From the IMG/VR virus record IMGVR_UViG_3300033144_003548: 64,000 nt of DNA. The stretch is one strand, 5' to 3'. The translations under genes and the position numbers were made by a program. Numbering within the stretch: position 1 is the first letter of the stretch; every line of letters begins with the position of its first letter. Shown here piece after piece: positions 38,235-46,787 of this stretch. The notes beneath the pieces are model-generated. The model saw only the letters and a program-made list of their open reading frames with translations. It did no database searches and was not told where the DNA came from. The DNA comes from a virus.

Positions 38235-40184
38235 TTAAACTAAGCCATCTTTAATCCTTTGAATTCGTGGTAAACACCAACGTTCCCTCCATTCTTCTAC
38301 TATTATATCAAATTCTTTATAGTTTGTCAAGTCCAATGTATCGGTCTCTTCTCTCAGGAACTCTCTGTAGTTCTTGGCAAGAGGAATGACGTAAACTCCT
38401 CTAAAGTTTTCGATACTTTGAACCTTCCAATACTTGGAAAGCTTTTGATACCCCTTCACCACTCCATACTTTTCTTTTATTGAACCATCTTCGTTATAGT
38501 AAATTTCGGAGTGCTTACCTTTGGTTTTCTTGAAATCCTCACGCATCTGCTGTTTAACTTCGAGTGGAACAAGAACAGAGGAATAACCTTTAGATGTACC
38601 TAGATAAATAAATCCATCTAATCTATTGTAGAGACTAGATTTACCGTAAAGAGAAGTTACAGTCATCATCGCTAACCGATGACCATATTTGTTTTCAAAA
38701 TAATCTTGAACCTCTTTACTTTTTGTGGATAGAGCACATAACTTACCTGCTAAATAATTACCAAATTCTGGTGTTGATATACAATGCTGCACATTCATCA
38801 GGTAATTGATTCTCTTGCCCTTCCACTTGTTTTGGTGTGTCCAACCTATAAATTTATCTCTGATGGGAATGGTCAAATCGCTAGCCAGCCCCACAATTCC
38901 AATAATAAATCCAGTTTCACGATCCCGAACTAAGTAATGAATCCTTCTACCAACTTCACCACTATTTCCGCACCAAACAGGTTTTCCATTTCTCCTCACC
39001 ATAATAATCTGATTGGGTACTGTTACGCAATATATCTTACCATCATAGTCTACCCAACTTCTTTTATCTTTATGTGAGTTAGGATTATATGTATTATAGG
39101 TAGGATTAAAAGTAACTATATACGCTTTATTTCCAACGCTATTGATATAGCTTCGTAATTTGGTATTATAACCAAGTTTAAGACATATTTCACTAATGTC
39201 ATCTGCTAATCTTTTAGATATAGTACTATACGTTCTCTCTCTACTACCATCATTCCTATCTCTATTACATCCATCTCCCAACATAGCAAAATCTAACAAT
39301 AGTCTTAATTGCTTTTTAGGTAATCCCTTTATACAGGTAGGAATGTACTTACTATCTCTTTTTCCTAGCTTATTAAAATAAGCTGCCCAAACTTTGTTAC
39401 CCAAAACGATTCTTCTACTCTTCGTAGACTTCTTCTGTAACGAATACTTAATACCAGCTTTATCTAGCACATCTAAAAATGTATCTAACTTATCACCAGT
39501 ATTTTGTGTAAAACAAACAGAATACTTTGTAGTATGACCTTCAGCCAGATAGAAACCAAGTATTGATACGAAGGTGTTAATATCTAATACGACATCATCA
39601 TAATGTTTACCTTTTGGGATATGATCAACTTTTGGTAGAGTAAAATAATCTATATGATTACCACACCAGTCAAATTTAGAAGTGTATCTAACACATCTAG
39701 TAGACTCATCAGCCCTAATCAAGTTAAAATCTAAATGCTTATCCCTACTTATAAATAAATTATGATTCGGAGTAACTAACAAATCTATGCTGCCACTTTG
39801 TTTAAACATCTTACCACTATAGTGCTCATTGACATAGTGTGTTGGTAGTTGATACTCCAGCTTATTAGTCTCTCTATTAAGCGTTGCCACCTTAACACTT
39901 GGTATTAAATCGCAAAATCGCATCCAACCAAGCTCAGTTAAAATGTCTGTTTCCTCGTCATAACAAAGGGGTGCAGATGAGACGGTAACACGACCGTACC
40001 ACCATAAATCATTCAAATCTTTAGTTTCACAAAACTCTATATATGGTTGAATCTTCTCTACATCAGGAACAATCGCTTGAACAGCTTCCCACTTCGGTCT
40101 AATTTGTCCCAAACGTTTTGCATTCTTATCAATGTACTGCTGCCTAGCCTCAAGCAGTCTTTCTCTCAACTCTTCCTTATCCAA
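38235..40184 (-). CDS. DUF4338/DruA-like protein with an intein
   Basis: GRRIHYLVRD, RDKFIGWT, YLAGKL, TSLYGKSSLYNRL. Confidence 0.75.
   Translation of the reverse strand: MDKEELRERLLEARQQYIDKNAKRLGQIRPKWEAVQAIVPDVEKIQPYIEFCETKDLNDLWWYGRVTVSSAPLCYDEETDILTELGWMRFCDLIPSVKVATLNRETNKLEYQLPTHYVNEHYSGKMFKQSGSIDLLVTPNHNLFISRDKHLDFNLIRADESTRCVRYTSKFDWCGNHIDYFTLPKVDHIPKGKHYDDVVLDINTFVSILGFYLAEGHTTKYSVCFTQNTGDKLDTFLDVLDKAGIKYSLQKKSTKSRRIVLGNKVWAAYFNKLGKRDSKYIPTCIKGLPKKQLRLLLDFAMLGDGCNRDRNDGSRERTYSTISKRLADDISEICLKLGYNTKLRSYINSVGNKAYIVTFNPTYNTYNPNSHKDKRSWVDYDGKIYCVTVPNQIIMVRRNGKPVWCGNSGEVGRRIHYLVRDRETGFIIGIVGLASDLTIPIRDKFIGWTHQNKWKGKRINYLMNVQHCISTPEFGNYLAGKLCALSTKSKEVQDYFENKYGHRLAMMTVTSLYGKSSLYNRLDGFIYLGTSKGYSSVLVPLEVKQQMREDFKKTKGKHSEIYYNEDGSIKEKYGVVKGYQKLSKYWKVQSIENFRGVYVIPLAKNYREFLREETDTLDLTNYKEFDIIVEEWRERWCLPRIQRIKDGLV
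38964..39965 (-). mobile_element. Intein (334 aa) with LAGLIDADG endonuclease
   Basis: CYDEETDILT..GW, VTPNH, LGFYLAEG, MLGDG, IYCVTV...WCGN followed by Ser. Confidence 0.9.
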
Positions 40185-40452
40185 GATATTTCTCCCTCTC
40201 CTCTGGTGGTAAATCAGAGGTCATACCAACCTTTATGTTGGGTTTACGCTTTCTACCAGTAATCCCTCTCGATTCAGTGGTATGAAACCCTGGACCTTTA
40301 TAATGAACATAAACACGACCAAAAATTTGGTGGAGTGCTTCTTTCCCACACTCAGGACATACTTTGGAAGGGCTATTCTTATGCTGACTAAACGTTTGCA
40401 TTACCTCTAAACAATGTCCACACTCTGCACACTTGTACTCATATACAGGCAT
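40177..40452 (-). CDS. FmdB-family Zn-ribbon protein
   Basis: MPVYEYKCAECG...CPECG...YKGPGFHTT. Confidence 0.85.
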   Translation of the reverse strand: MPVYEYKCAECGHCLEVMQTFSQHKNSPSKVCPECGKEALHQIFGRVYVHYKGPGFHTTESRGITGRKRKPNIKVGMTSDLPPEEREKYLG

Positions 40453-40781
40453 CACTTCTTCCTTTTCGGAATTTTCTTTCGTGTATAACACTTGAATCTG
40501 AATTTGCAATCATCACAGGTTTCATATTTTTCGCACTCGAACAGAATTTCATAATCCCCCTTAATCTCTTGCCACTGTTTGCATCCCATCATATGCTCGA
40601 TGAGACATTCATAACAGAACCACCTATGACAGCCCCAACATTCACGTAAGTCAGTTATTCTATGACACCCTTGACACCATTTGGGCAAGTTAAAATCGGG
40701 AAATCTATCTCTGTTTCTAAACCCTATTCTATCTCTTGCAATTAAATTGTAAACCGCAAGATCACTAATTTCTACGTCCAT
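40452..40781 (-). CDS. Cys-rich protein with Cys module
   Basis: CEKYETCDDCKFRFKCYTRK. Confidence 0.7.
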   Translation of the reverse strand: MDVEISDLAVYNLIARDRIGFRNRDRFPDFNLPKWCQGCHRITDLRECWGCHRWFCYECLIEHMMGCKQWQEIKGDYEILFECEKYETCDDCKFRFKCYTRKKIPKRKK

Positions 40782-41347
40782 AGCTCCACAGAATCAATTT
40801 CATTACCCCAAGCATCCCAACCTTCCACCTTTTCTCTAGCAAAAAGTTCAATACGAGGCAAATCACCACACAACGATACTATTCTACTCCTTACCTCATT
40901 CGGTTTTGATGAGTGGATTCTTCTGTCTGGTATTGGTTCGTTCACAAATTGCAAGACGTAATGATTCTTGACGAGATGCCTCGTTCTTCCTCTTAACCCC
41001 AAAAAACATAACTCACAACTCCTTCTAGTGTAAGGAGTCAATGTCGTTCTGACCTTATTTTCATTGTGTAATGAACGCTTATTCCAAACGAAAGCAATAC
41101 CAGAATACTTAAATCCCCAAGCCTTCATAAACTCAGCAATACGGGGTATCCTGCTGTCAATAACCCACAAAAACAAGAAAGCATCGTCACCCACTATCGA
41201 TTTCACAGGTAATGACATTATCTCCTCATCTGTCATTACTCCATAAGGAACTTGTTTGCCCCCGCCAATCGAGCCAGCAGTTAATCCACCAAAAACATAC
41301 CCAGTATCCCAGGGGGGATCAGCGTAAATTATTTGGTACTTCAACAT
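40772..41347 (-). CDS. MT-A70 family methyltransferase (second copy)
   Basis: IYADPPW, HSSKP, RIELFAR. Confidence 0.9.
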   Translation of the reverse strand: MLKYQIIYADPPWDTGYVFGGLTAGSIGGGKQVPYGVMTDEEIMSLPVKSIVGDDAFLFLWVIDSRIPRIAEFMKAWGFKYSGIAFVWNKRSLHNENKVRTTLTPYTRRSCELCFLGLRGRTRHLVKNHYVLQFVNEPIPDRRIHSSKPNEVRSRIVSLCGDLPRIELFAREKVEGWDAWGNEIDSVELWT

Positions 41348-42329
41348 AAATCAATCCCAAAGATGGAAGAACCAGCGTGTAAATAATCTCATTCTCTTCT
41401 TAAAGAGGTTCTGATCTTCTTTGGACATTTCTAGACTCTTATCTAGTGTCTTTTTCGTCAGCTTCTCCCCCCTCTCAAACCATTTGGGTTGAACCTTGTT
41501 TACGTAATCATCCTCACAAACTCTCTTAGCAGCTTCCCAACCCTCAATCATTTCTTCTAGAAGATCAATCCACTTGCCGTAAGTAGAGGCTTTGCCATAA
41601 CCTGGGTAACTGTGAGCATTCTCCTGCATATGCCTCAGCATCTCAGGGATAATTCTCGCTAAGTAATAGTCGATACCCCAAGTATCGCAATCCGCCCAAC
41701 CACGTTTTCCTCTCTGGAAAAACCATTTTACTTTCCTGAGATTGTAAGGAATGTCTAAAACAAACCTTCTTACAGGAAACCAAACTCTCTCAAACAACGT
41801 AAGTTTGCGAGATAGAATATCATCCAAAGATGTATACTCTTCACACATATTAACCTCCATTGGGATGAAACTTATCCCATTCGTTTCGTTACTTACGTCA
41901 TTCGAACCCCTCGTTAGCTGTAAATTTCATAGCCATTTCTTGATCCAATCTAATCGGCGACGGTAGATCACTGTCCAACGTCTAGCAAAGTATTTTCGCT
42001 AACTGTTCCAATAATAATTTTCGCCTAAAAGACCCGTGCCTTCTAGGTCTTCATCAGTCTCAATGATGTTTGCCCACTTGTCAATACAAGTGAAGTCGGG
42101 AAAATCTTTAGGATAGCGAGGCACTTCGTCCTCAACTATCTCTACTATCTTTCCACCAATAACTTTTGCAAAGCCACCTTCTCTCAGTAAGACAACGTAG
42201 CTGCTAGTGTCGGGGTCAAGATAAGGTACTTCATCCCCAACCTTTAAATCCCTCAATTCGTTATAGAAGCACTTAACTTGACTACCATTTGGTAATGAAT
42301 CATAAACTCCCATTAACTTCTCCTTTTTC

Positions 42330-42403
42330 TGGTAGCGGGGGTGAGGGTCGAACTCACGGAGAGTTGCTTATGAGACAACTTTGAATACCGATTCTCCACC
42401 GCT
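42330..42403 (-). tRNA. tRNA with CAT anticodon (Met or Ile2), small D-loop
   Basis: GTTGT-CTCATAA-GCAAC; CCA; one acceptor-stem mismatch. Confidence 0.75.
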
Positions 42404-42545
42404 ATAATTTTCTATTGAATTACAATTTGCACAAAGACAACGATAATCTTCACTAATATACATCATCCACCAGTAAGGACATTCTGCCATTGGTATCTGA
42501 CATTTATCACAATTCCCTGGTTCGGGACATATTCTTGGGTCTGGT

Positions 42546-42827
42546 TCAGCCCACTTTAAGCAAGGTTTTTCCGCTTTCGTCATTTCTCTCTAGAACAACA
42601 GAATAAATATTTCCCTTGCCAGACCTTGATTTAACCCTTGCTATATCCTTTGTCTCCTCAATAATCCTGTCGAGAATTTTTTGCCCTATTTCAATATGAC
42701 TTAACTCTCTACCACGAAAAATCACGCTAACTCTAACTTCATCTCTAGCTAGAAGTCTTTTAACGTTCTTTATCTTTATGAGTAGGTCGTGCTCTGCAAT
42801 TTTAGGTCTAATTCTAATCTCTTTCAA
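42546..42827 (-). CDS. infC: Translation initiation factor IF-3, C-terminal domain only
   Basis: KEIRIRPKIAEHDLLIKIK...VRVSVIFRGRELSH.EIG. Confidence 0.85.
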   Translation of the reverse strand: MKEIRIRPKIAEHDLLIKIKNVKRLLARDEVRVSVIFRGRELSHIEIGQKILDRIIEETKDIARVKSRSGKGNIYSVVLERNDESGKTLLKVG

Positions 42828-43070
42828 TAATGACCTCTAATCCCACTGTGGGTCCCATCCATTCTTGCGTCTCCACCGCTCATACTCACCCCGTTTCTCG
42901 CAAGATGAGTGCCAATAACAAATCTCATCATTTGTATGAGCATCACACGTATTACACGGATTATGGTCTTGTATCAATTCATAGATGCGTTTACATTCAG
43001 GACAATCATCAATTGTTCCTGGATACCTAAGCTTATGCTTTCTGCACAACGATAATGTTCTTACCATATG

Positions 43071-43144
43071 AGCGTCTGGAGAGATTTGGACTCTCACTTA
43101 CTGGTTGGAAGCCAGTCGTGCTAACCGTTAAACACTACAAACGC
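43071..43144 (-). tRNA. tRNA-Gly(TCC)
   Basis: ACTGG-CTTCCAA-CCAGT; T-loop TCCAAAT. Confidence 0.85.
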
Positions 43145-43149
43145 ATAGT

Positions 43150-43320
43150 GCCTACTGGTAAAGAGAAGAAAGTGAAGTCGTTAGAATTTAAAAAACACTA
43201 AAAGGCTAAACACGTTTACGTCCTTTTGTCTAGTCTCTTTACCGATGGACATCACAATGGACTAGATAACATCTGCCAAAGTAGTAACAACTATTTCACA
43301 ATCTAATCCCACCAGTAGGC
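43150..43320 (-). ncRNA. Divergent Y RNA-like structured RNA downstream of Ro60
   Basis: 10-bp terminal stem GCCUACUGGU/ACCAGUAGGC; GUGAA..GUUGUUACUAC echoes the Y-array motif. Confidence 0.5.
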
Positions 43321-43338
43321 TATCAAGCAATCACCCGA

Positions 43339-44655
43339 TTAAAAACCACCTGTTTCGTAAGCTCTAATGTAATTCAAGACGGCTTCTGACCAACCATCAA
43401 TGTGAGTCCAGTTGCCGTAACCTACACCTCTCTGGTAAGAAGCAACATTTATCATATAACCCCTACCATTTGGTTTGCCAACTCTATCACTTGACTGCTC
43501 ATCAGTTATAACAAGTAGTCGGTCATAATTTGTGTTATTAACTGCGTTAACAGCACCACCTAGAGAAGTTCCGCCGTGAGGCTGAGAATTAATTATAGCA
43601 TCCCTCAATGCAAATCCGTGCCTTGCAGCAACTCTCTTTGCATTATTTGAGAATGTCCATATCTCAGCATCATCTGACATTTCTCTAGCCAGTATTGCCA
43701 GACCACAAGCAGCATCCATCGCAGTTAACTCTGACTTACCAGACAACCTTGAACCCATACTGCCAGACACATCCACCAACACCGTAGTTTTACCATCCAA
43801 CTTACCCTGACTTGCAACAGCCTTGAACATAGCCTTTTCTAGTTCAGTTTCCCACTGGGGTGCGTGGCTAGCTGCTGTAATAAATCTAAATGGTAAAACT
43901 CTGTCTACCTTCATATGGTCTAGAGCATCCTTCACCAACACCTCATCGACACCAGATTGGTGCATATTCCTCAAGTTACGAAGCAGAGCCATAGCTCCAA
44001 GCTTCCCATCTTTGATTAAACGCTCAAAAGTATCCTTCTTATCCTTACCAGCACTTAAATTAACTTCCCAAGTATCAGGTGCTGCCAAAGTCCCATCAAC
44101 CAATTGCTTCCAAGTATCCACCTGTTCTTTGCTTGTTGGTTTTGGGTGAGTAAGGAACAAAACATCTCTCAACTTAACTTCAGCATCTCTATTGTACTTG
44201 GCAAGCTCGTATTCATCAAACTTAGGAAAAGCTTCTGCCAAACCCTTCTTAACTTGTGCTGACAAGGGTTGCCTGCCGTCCTTCCAGTAAATCTTCAAAA
44301 ACTCGGCAGGCTCATCTGCACGTTGCATTATTCTTGCCAAAGTTTCCTTTACCAAGTGCTTGTGAGTATTGTGCTTAGCCATTTCACGCACAATTAGCAA
44401 AGGAACGTGACGCAGCTTCATTTGCTCCCTAGCTTCGATAGCTATCTCAGCCACCTTCTCTGGTTTTACTTTAGGCACAAGATCAGCTATTCTTTGAGCA
44501 ATATCCTTTCCACTCTCGTAGAAAGTGTTCTCCCAAAGCAAGCAAGCCATAACTGACCTTCTTAGCTCCAGCTCAGGACTTATCCTTCTTGCTGGACCTC
44601 CCTCGTGTGTGTAGATAGGAACTCTTGTTCTTGTTGCCGTGTTTGTTCTCACCAT
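43339..44655 (-). CDS. Ro60/Rsr TROVE-domain RNA-binding protein with vWA domain
   Basis: THEGG, LLWENTFYESG, DTWEV.LS, MALLRNLRN, DVSGSM (MIDAS), ITDEQ. Confidence 0.92.
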   Translation of the reverse strand: MVRTNTATRTRVPIYTHEGGPARRISPELELRRSVMACLLWENTFYESGKDIAQRIADLVPKVKPEKVAEIAIEAREQMKLRHVPLLIVREMAKHNTHKHLVKETLARIMQRADEPAEFLKIYWKDGRQPLSAQVKKGLAEAFPKFDEYELAKYNRDAEVKLRDVLFLTHPKPTSKEQVDTWKQLVDGTLAAPDTWEVNLSAGKDKKDTFERLIKDGKLGAMALLRNLRNMHQSGVDEVLVKDALDHMKVDRVLPFRFITAASHAPQWETELEKAMFKAVASQGKLDGKTTVLVDVSGSMGSRLSGKSELTAMDAACGLAILAREMSDDAEIWTFSNNAKRVAARHGFALRDAIINSQPHGGTSLGGAVNAVNNTNYDRLLVITDEQSSDRVGKPNGRGYMINVASYQRGVGYGNWTHIDGWSEAVLNYIRAYETGGF

Positions 44656-44680
44656 ATCTAACTCCTTTCCTTTAATAAAA

Positions 44681-44797
44681 ATAAGGGGAACAAGCGACTA
44701 GAGTACGTTATCCCCAACTCACTCTCACTAAGGAGAGCCGTTGGAGTATACAAACTTCAAATTCTGTACGAAGTAACTCTTGTCTTCACCACCTTAT
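44681..44797 (-). ncRNA. Y RNA-like copy 1
   Basis: GUGGUGAAGACAAGAGUUACUUCG...UACUCUAGUCGCUUGUUCCCC. Confidence 0.75.
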
Positions 44798-44804
44798 ACC
44801 GATA

Positions 44805-44887
44805 ACGGGGGACAAGCGACTAGGCTCTGTCAAAGCGTTTATTTTGTGAAAATAATCTTACGAAGAAATCCTAATCTTCACCACCGT
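44805..44887 (-). ncRNA. Y RNA-like copy 2
   Basis: GUGGUGAAGAUUAGGAUUUCUUCG...CCUAGUCGCUUGUCCCCC. Confidence 0.7.
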
Positions 44888-44898
44888 CAAATTCCGAT

Positions 44899-45026
44899 TT
44901 TGGTAGGGAACAGACGACCAGAGTACAAGGCTTTCGCCTTTTCGCTGGAGTCGAACCAGCAAAGATTGTTTTCAGACAATTTGTATTCCATACACGAAGT
45001 ATCTCTAATCTATCACCACTACCAAA
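44899..45026 (-). ncRNA. Y RNA-like copy 3 with a T-arm
   Basis: Conserved stem plus GCUGG-UUCGACU-CCAGC. Confidence 0.75.
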
Positions 45027-45028
45027 TT

Positions 45029-45235
45029 TTAACGTTCTACTCTTTGTATTTTAAAGAGATTATATTCATTCTTATCAAAACACCCATTGGGACACTTTGC
45101 ATAAACTAACCACAGATTCCGATTACCTTTTTCGGCATAAGCAAATGTCAAAGTAGCACCGCATCTATTGCAAGGATTCTGCTCAAGCACTTTCGAAACA
45201 ACATCTCCTAACTCTACCGCCAAAGGTCTTGTCAT
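45029..45235 (-). CDS. Zn-ribbon small protein inside the Y RNA array
   Basis: SD GGAG; CNRC...CPNGC. Confidence 0.55.
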   Translation of the reverse strand: MTRPLAVELGDVVSKVLEQNPCNRCGATLTFAYAEKGNRNLWLVYAKCPNGCFDKNEYNLFKIQRVER

Positions 45236-45248
45236 AATTCTCCAAATA

Positions 45249-45344
45249 AGTAGGGAACAAGCGACTCCAGCAAAGCAGCCACCCACAATGGGTGGTTTGT
45301 ATTCGAATTAGCAGTTCGATGCAACTGAAATCTTCACCACTACT
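45249..45344 (-). ncRNA. Y RNA-like copy 4
   Basis: AGUAGUGGUGAAGA...GUCGCUUGUUCCCUACU. Confidence 0.7.
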
Positions 45345-45355
45345 ATATTTCCGAT

Positions 45356-45486
45356 GGATAGGGTACAAGCGAAAAGAGTACAATAAGCGTCCTATCTTAG
45401 ACGAACCCCACTCGGTGGGGTGTAGGATTCGATACCTACATTACTGCATCCACACTGCGAAGTAACTCTCCTCTTCGCCACTATCC
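45356..45486 (-). ncRNA. YrlA-type Y RNA with a permuted tRNA-like domain
   Basis: Conserved stem enclosing T-arm GUAGG-UAUCGAAU-CCUAC, looped acceptor CCCCAC-CGA-GUGGGG and D-arm CGUC-UAAGAUAG-GACG. Confidence 0.85.
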
Positions 45487-45502
45487 TGAGCTAGTTTCCT
45501 AG

Positions 45503-45784
45503 CTATGCCCAGTCCTTGTATTCCTCATCACTAATTCCAATGACATCGGCTTCTAGGTTAGTCCTAGAGATTGCTTGACCGAGCTTGGTATGCAACCTCG
45601 AATACTTCAAAATCTTCTGATGATTAGTCTCGAAATCGAAGTTTGGTTGCCAGTCCGCATCGGGGTGCTCCCCTCTACTTCCAAATGATCTATAAGACCA
45701 TCCGTGCTGTTGCTCTAGATTACGAAGATGGGAAATCTCCGCAGCTAATGCTTTCTGTGTTTGAAGTGCTGTTGCAATCTTCAT
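45503..45784 (-). CDS. DIP1984-like helical protein, first gene of the Y RNA/Ro60 operon
   Basis: MKIATAL..QK.L..EI..L N-terminus and L..AI..TN C-terminus. Confidence 0.5.
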   Translation of the reverse strand: MKIATALQTQKALAAEISHLRNLEQQHGWSYRSFGSRGEHPDADWQPNFDFETNHQKILKYSRLHTKLGQAISRTNLEADVIGISDEEYKDWA

Positions 45785-45810
45785 ATTTCTTTCTTCACCT
45801 TCCTGTCACT

Positions 45811-45844
45811 ATTATAGCACATTAAAACCTAATTGTCAAGCCCC
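45811..45844 (-). promoter_or_regulatory. Repeat promoter GGGGCTTGACAATTA-...-TGCTATAAT
   Basis: Consensus -35/-10 with 17-nt spacer. Confidence 0.85.
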
Positions 45845-46041
45845 ATATGAGGCAAATTATAAGCTCTCTTTGGGTCTGGTTTACTCATCCGTATCTTTAT
45901 TACAAAGATAAACTCACGTCCACAAAAACCACACGTAACTTTATCTCCATCCTTGGGGTTAGGGTGCTGAAAAGAAGTCTTTCCACACGGACACTTGAAA
46001 CCTGTAGTAACAAATGACGTTACAGTTAAACTCTTATCCAT
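45829..46041 (-). CDS. Zn-ribbon protein ending GLDN
   Basis: CPC, CGFC; stop codon lies in the next promoter. Confidence 0.6.
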   Translation of the reverse strand: MDKSLTVTSFVTTGFKCPCGKTSFQHPNPKDGDKVTCGFCGREFIFVIKIRMSKPDPKRAYNLPHMGLDN

Positions 46042-46049
46042 CTACTAAT

Positions 46050-46084
46050 ATTATAGCACAAAACGTTTTAATTGTCAAGCCCCC
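46050..46084 (-). promoter_or_regulatory. Repeat promoter
   Basis: GGGGCTTGACAATTA...TGCTATAAT, 17-nt spacer. Confidence 0.85.
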
Positions 46085-46343
46085 CATCACTATCCAAGCA
46101 AGCTCCAGTCTCCCACGTACCATCGGGCTGAACCAATATAAATACTTCCTCATCACCCAAAGTAATGTCAAGACCACCACTAGAAAGAGGAGCAATAAAT
46201 AAACCATCAAGAAAATGTTTAGCTGTTTTGAGTGCTTCTTTTGTTATTGGATAACCACCACAGCTATCCCAATCCTTCTCAAGCTTTGCGAACTCTTTTA
46301 ATTCTTGTCTCAACAGCTTTCTTATTTCTTTACTATGCTTCAC
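46068..46343 (-). CDS. Hypothetical protein ending GLDN
   Basis: LEKDWDSCGGYPI motif; GTG start 6 nt after the -10 box. Confidence 0.6.
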   Translation of the reverse strand: MKHSKEIRKLLRQELKEFAKLEKDWDSCGGYPITKEALKTAKHFLDGLFIAPLSSGGLDITLGDEEVFILVQPDGTWETGACLDSDGGLDN

Positions 46344-46349
46344 ATTATC

Positions 46350-46383
46350 ATTATAACATAAAGAGAACTAATTGTCAAGCCCC
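46350..46383 (-). promoter_or_regulatory. Repeat promoter
   Basis: GGGGCTTGACAATTA...TGTTATAAT, 17-nt spacer. Confidence 0.85.
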
Positions 46384-46631
46384 TGCAAGTCAGCCTCAAC
46401 TGGTTGGGAAGTAAAGCATTGAAACCTGAACTGACAAGCTTCACAATACTCTCCCTTCTCCCTGCCACATATCAAGACGTTTACAAGGTCGAGAGGTTTT
46501 CTACACTCTGAACAAACCTTAAAATTTTTGTCCAGCATTAGACCAAATACTTCGTGTCTTTGCGTATAAATCGTAAAACCACAGTTCATACACCTTACGA
46601 AGATTTTCACTTCTTCAAGCACTCCGTACAA
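46368..46631 (-). CDS. Zn-ribbon plus Cys-module protein ending GLDN
   Basis: CGREKGEYCEACQFRFQCFTSQ. Confidence 0.7.
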   Translation of the reverse strand: MYGVLEEVKIFVRCMNCGFTIYTQRHEVFGLMLDKNFKVCSECRKPLDLVNVLICGREKGEYCEACQFRFQCFTSQPVEADLQGLDN

Positions 46632-46787
46632 ATATACTTAGCTGGTTTTACTTTTACCAGCTTACCATTCTTATCCTTTTCACGAATACGATGAAGCGTG
46701 AACTGAGTTTCACCACACTCAGAGCAACAAATAACCCTTTGCATAAATAGATTAAGCGTTAAGCTACTTGGATCTACATCCGTTTTT

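Noticed and set aside
44681-45486. CRISPR array
   Set aside because: Each unit has two different, mutually complementary conserved blocks, variable lengths and structured interiors; it lies beside Ro60 and no cas operon is present. Y RNAs fit better.
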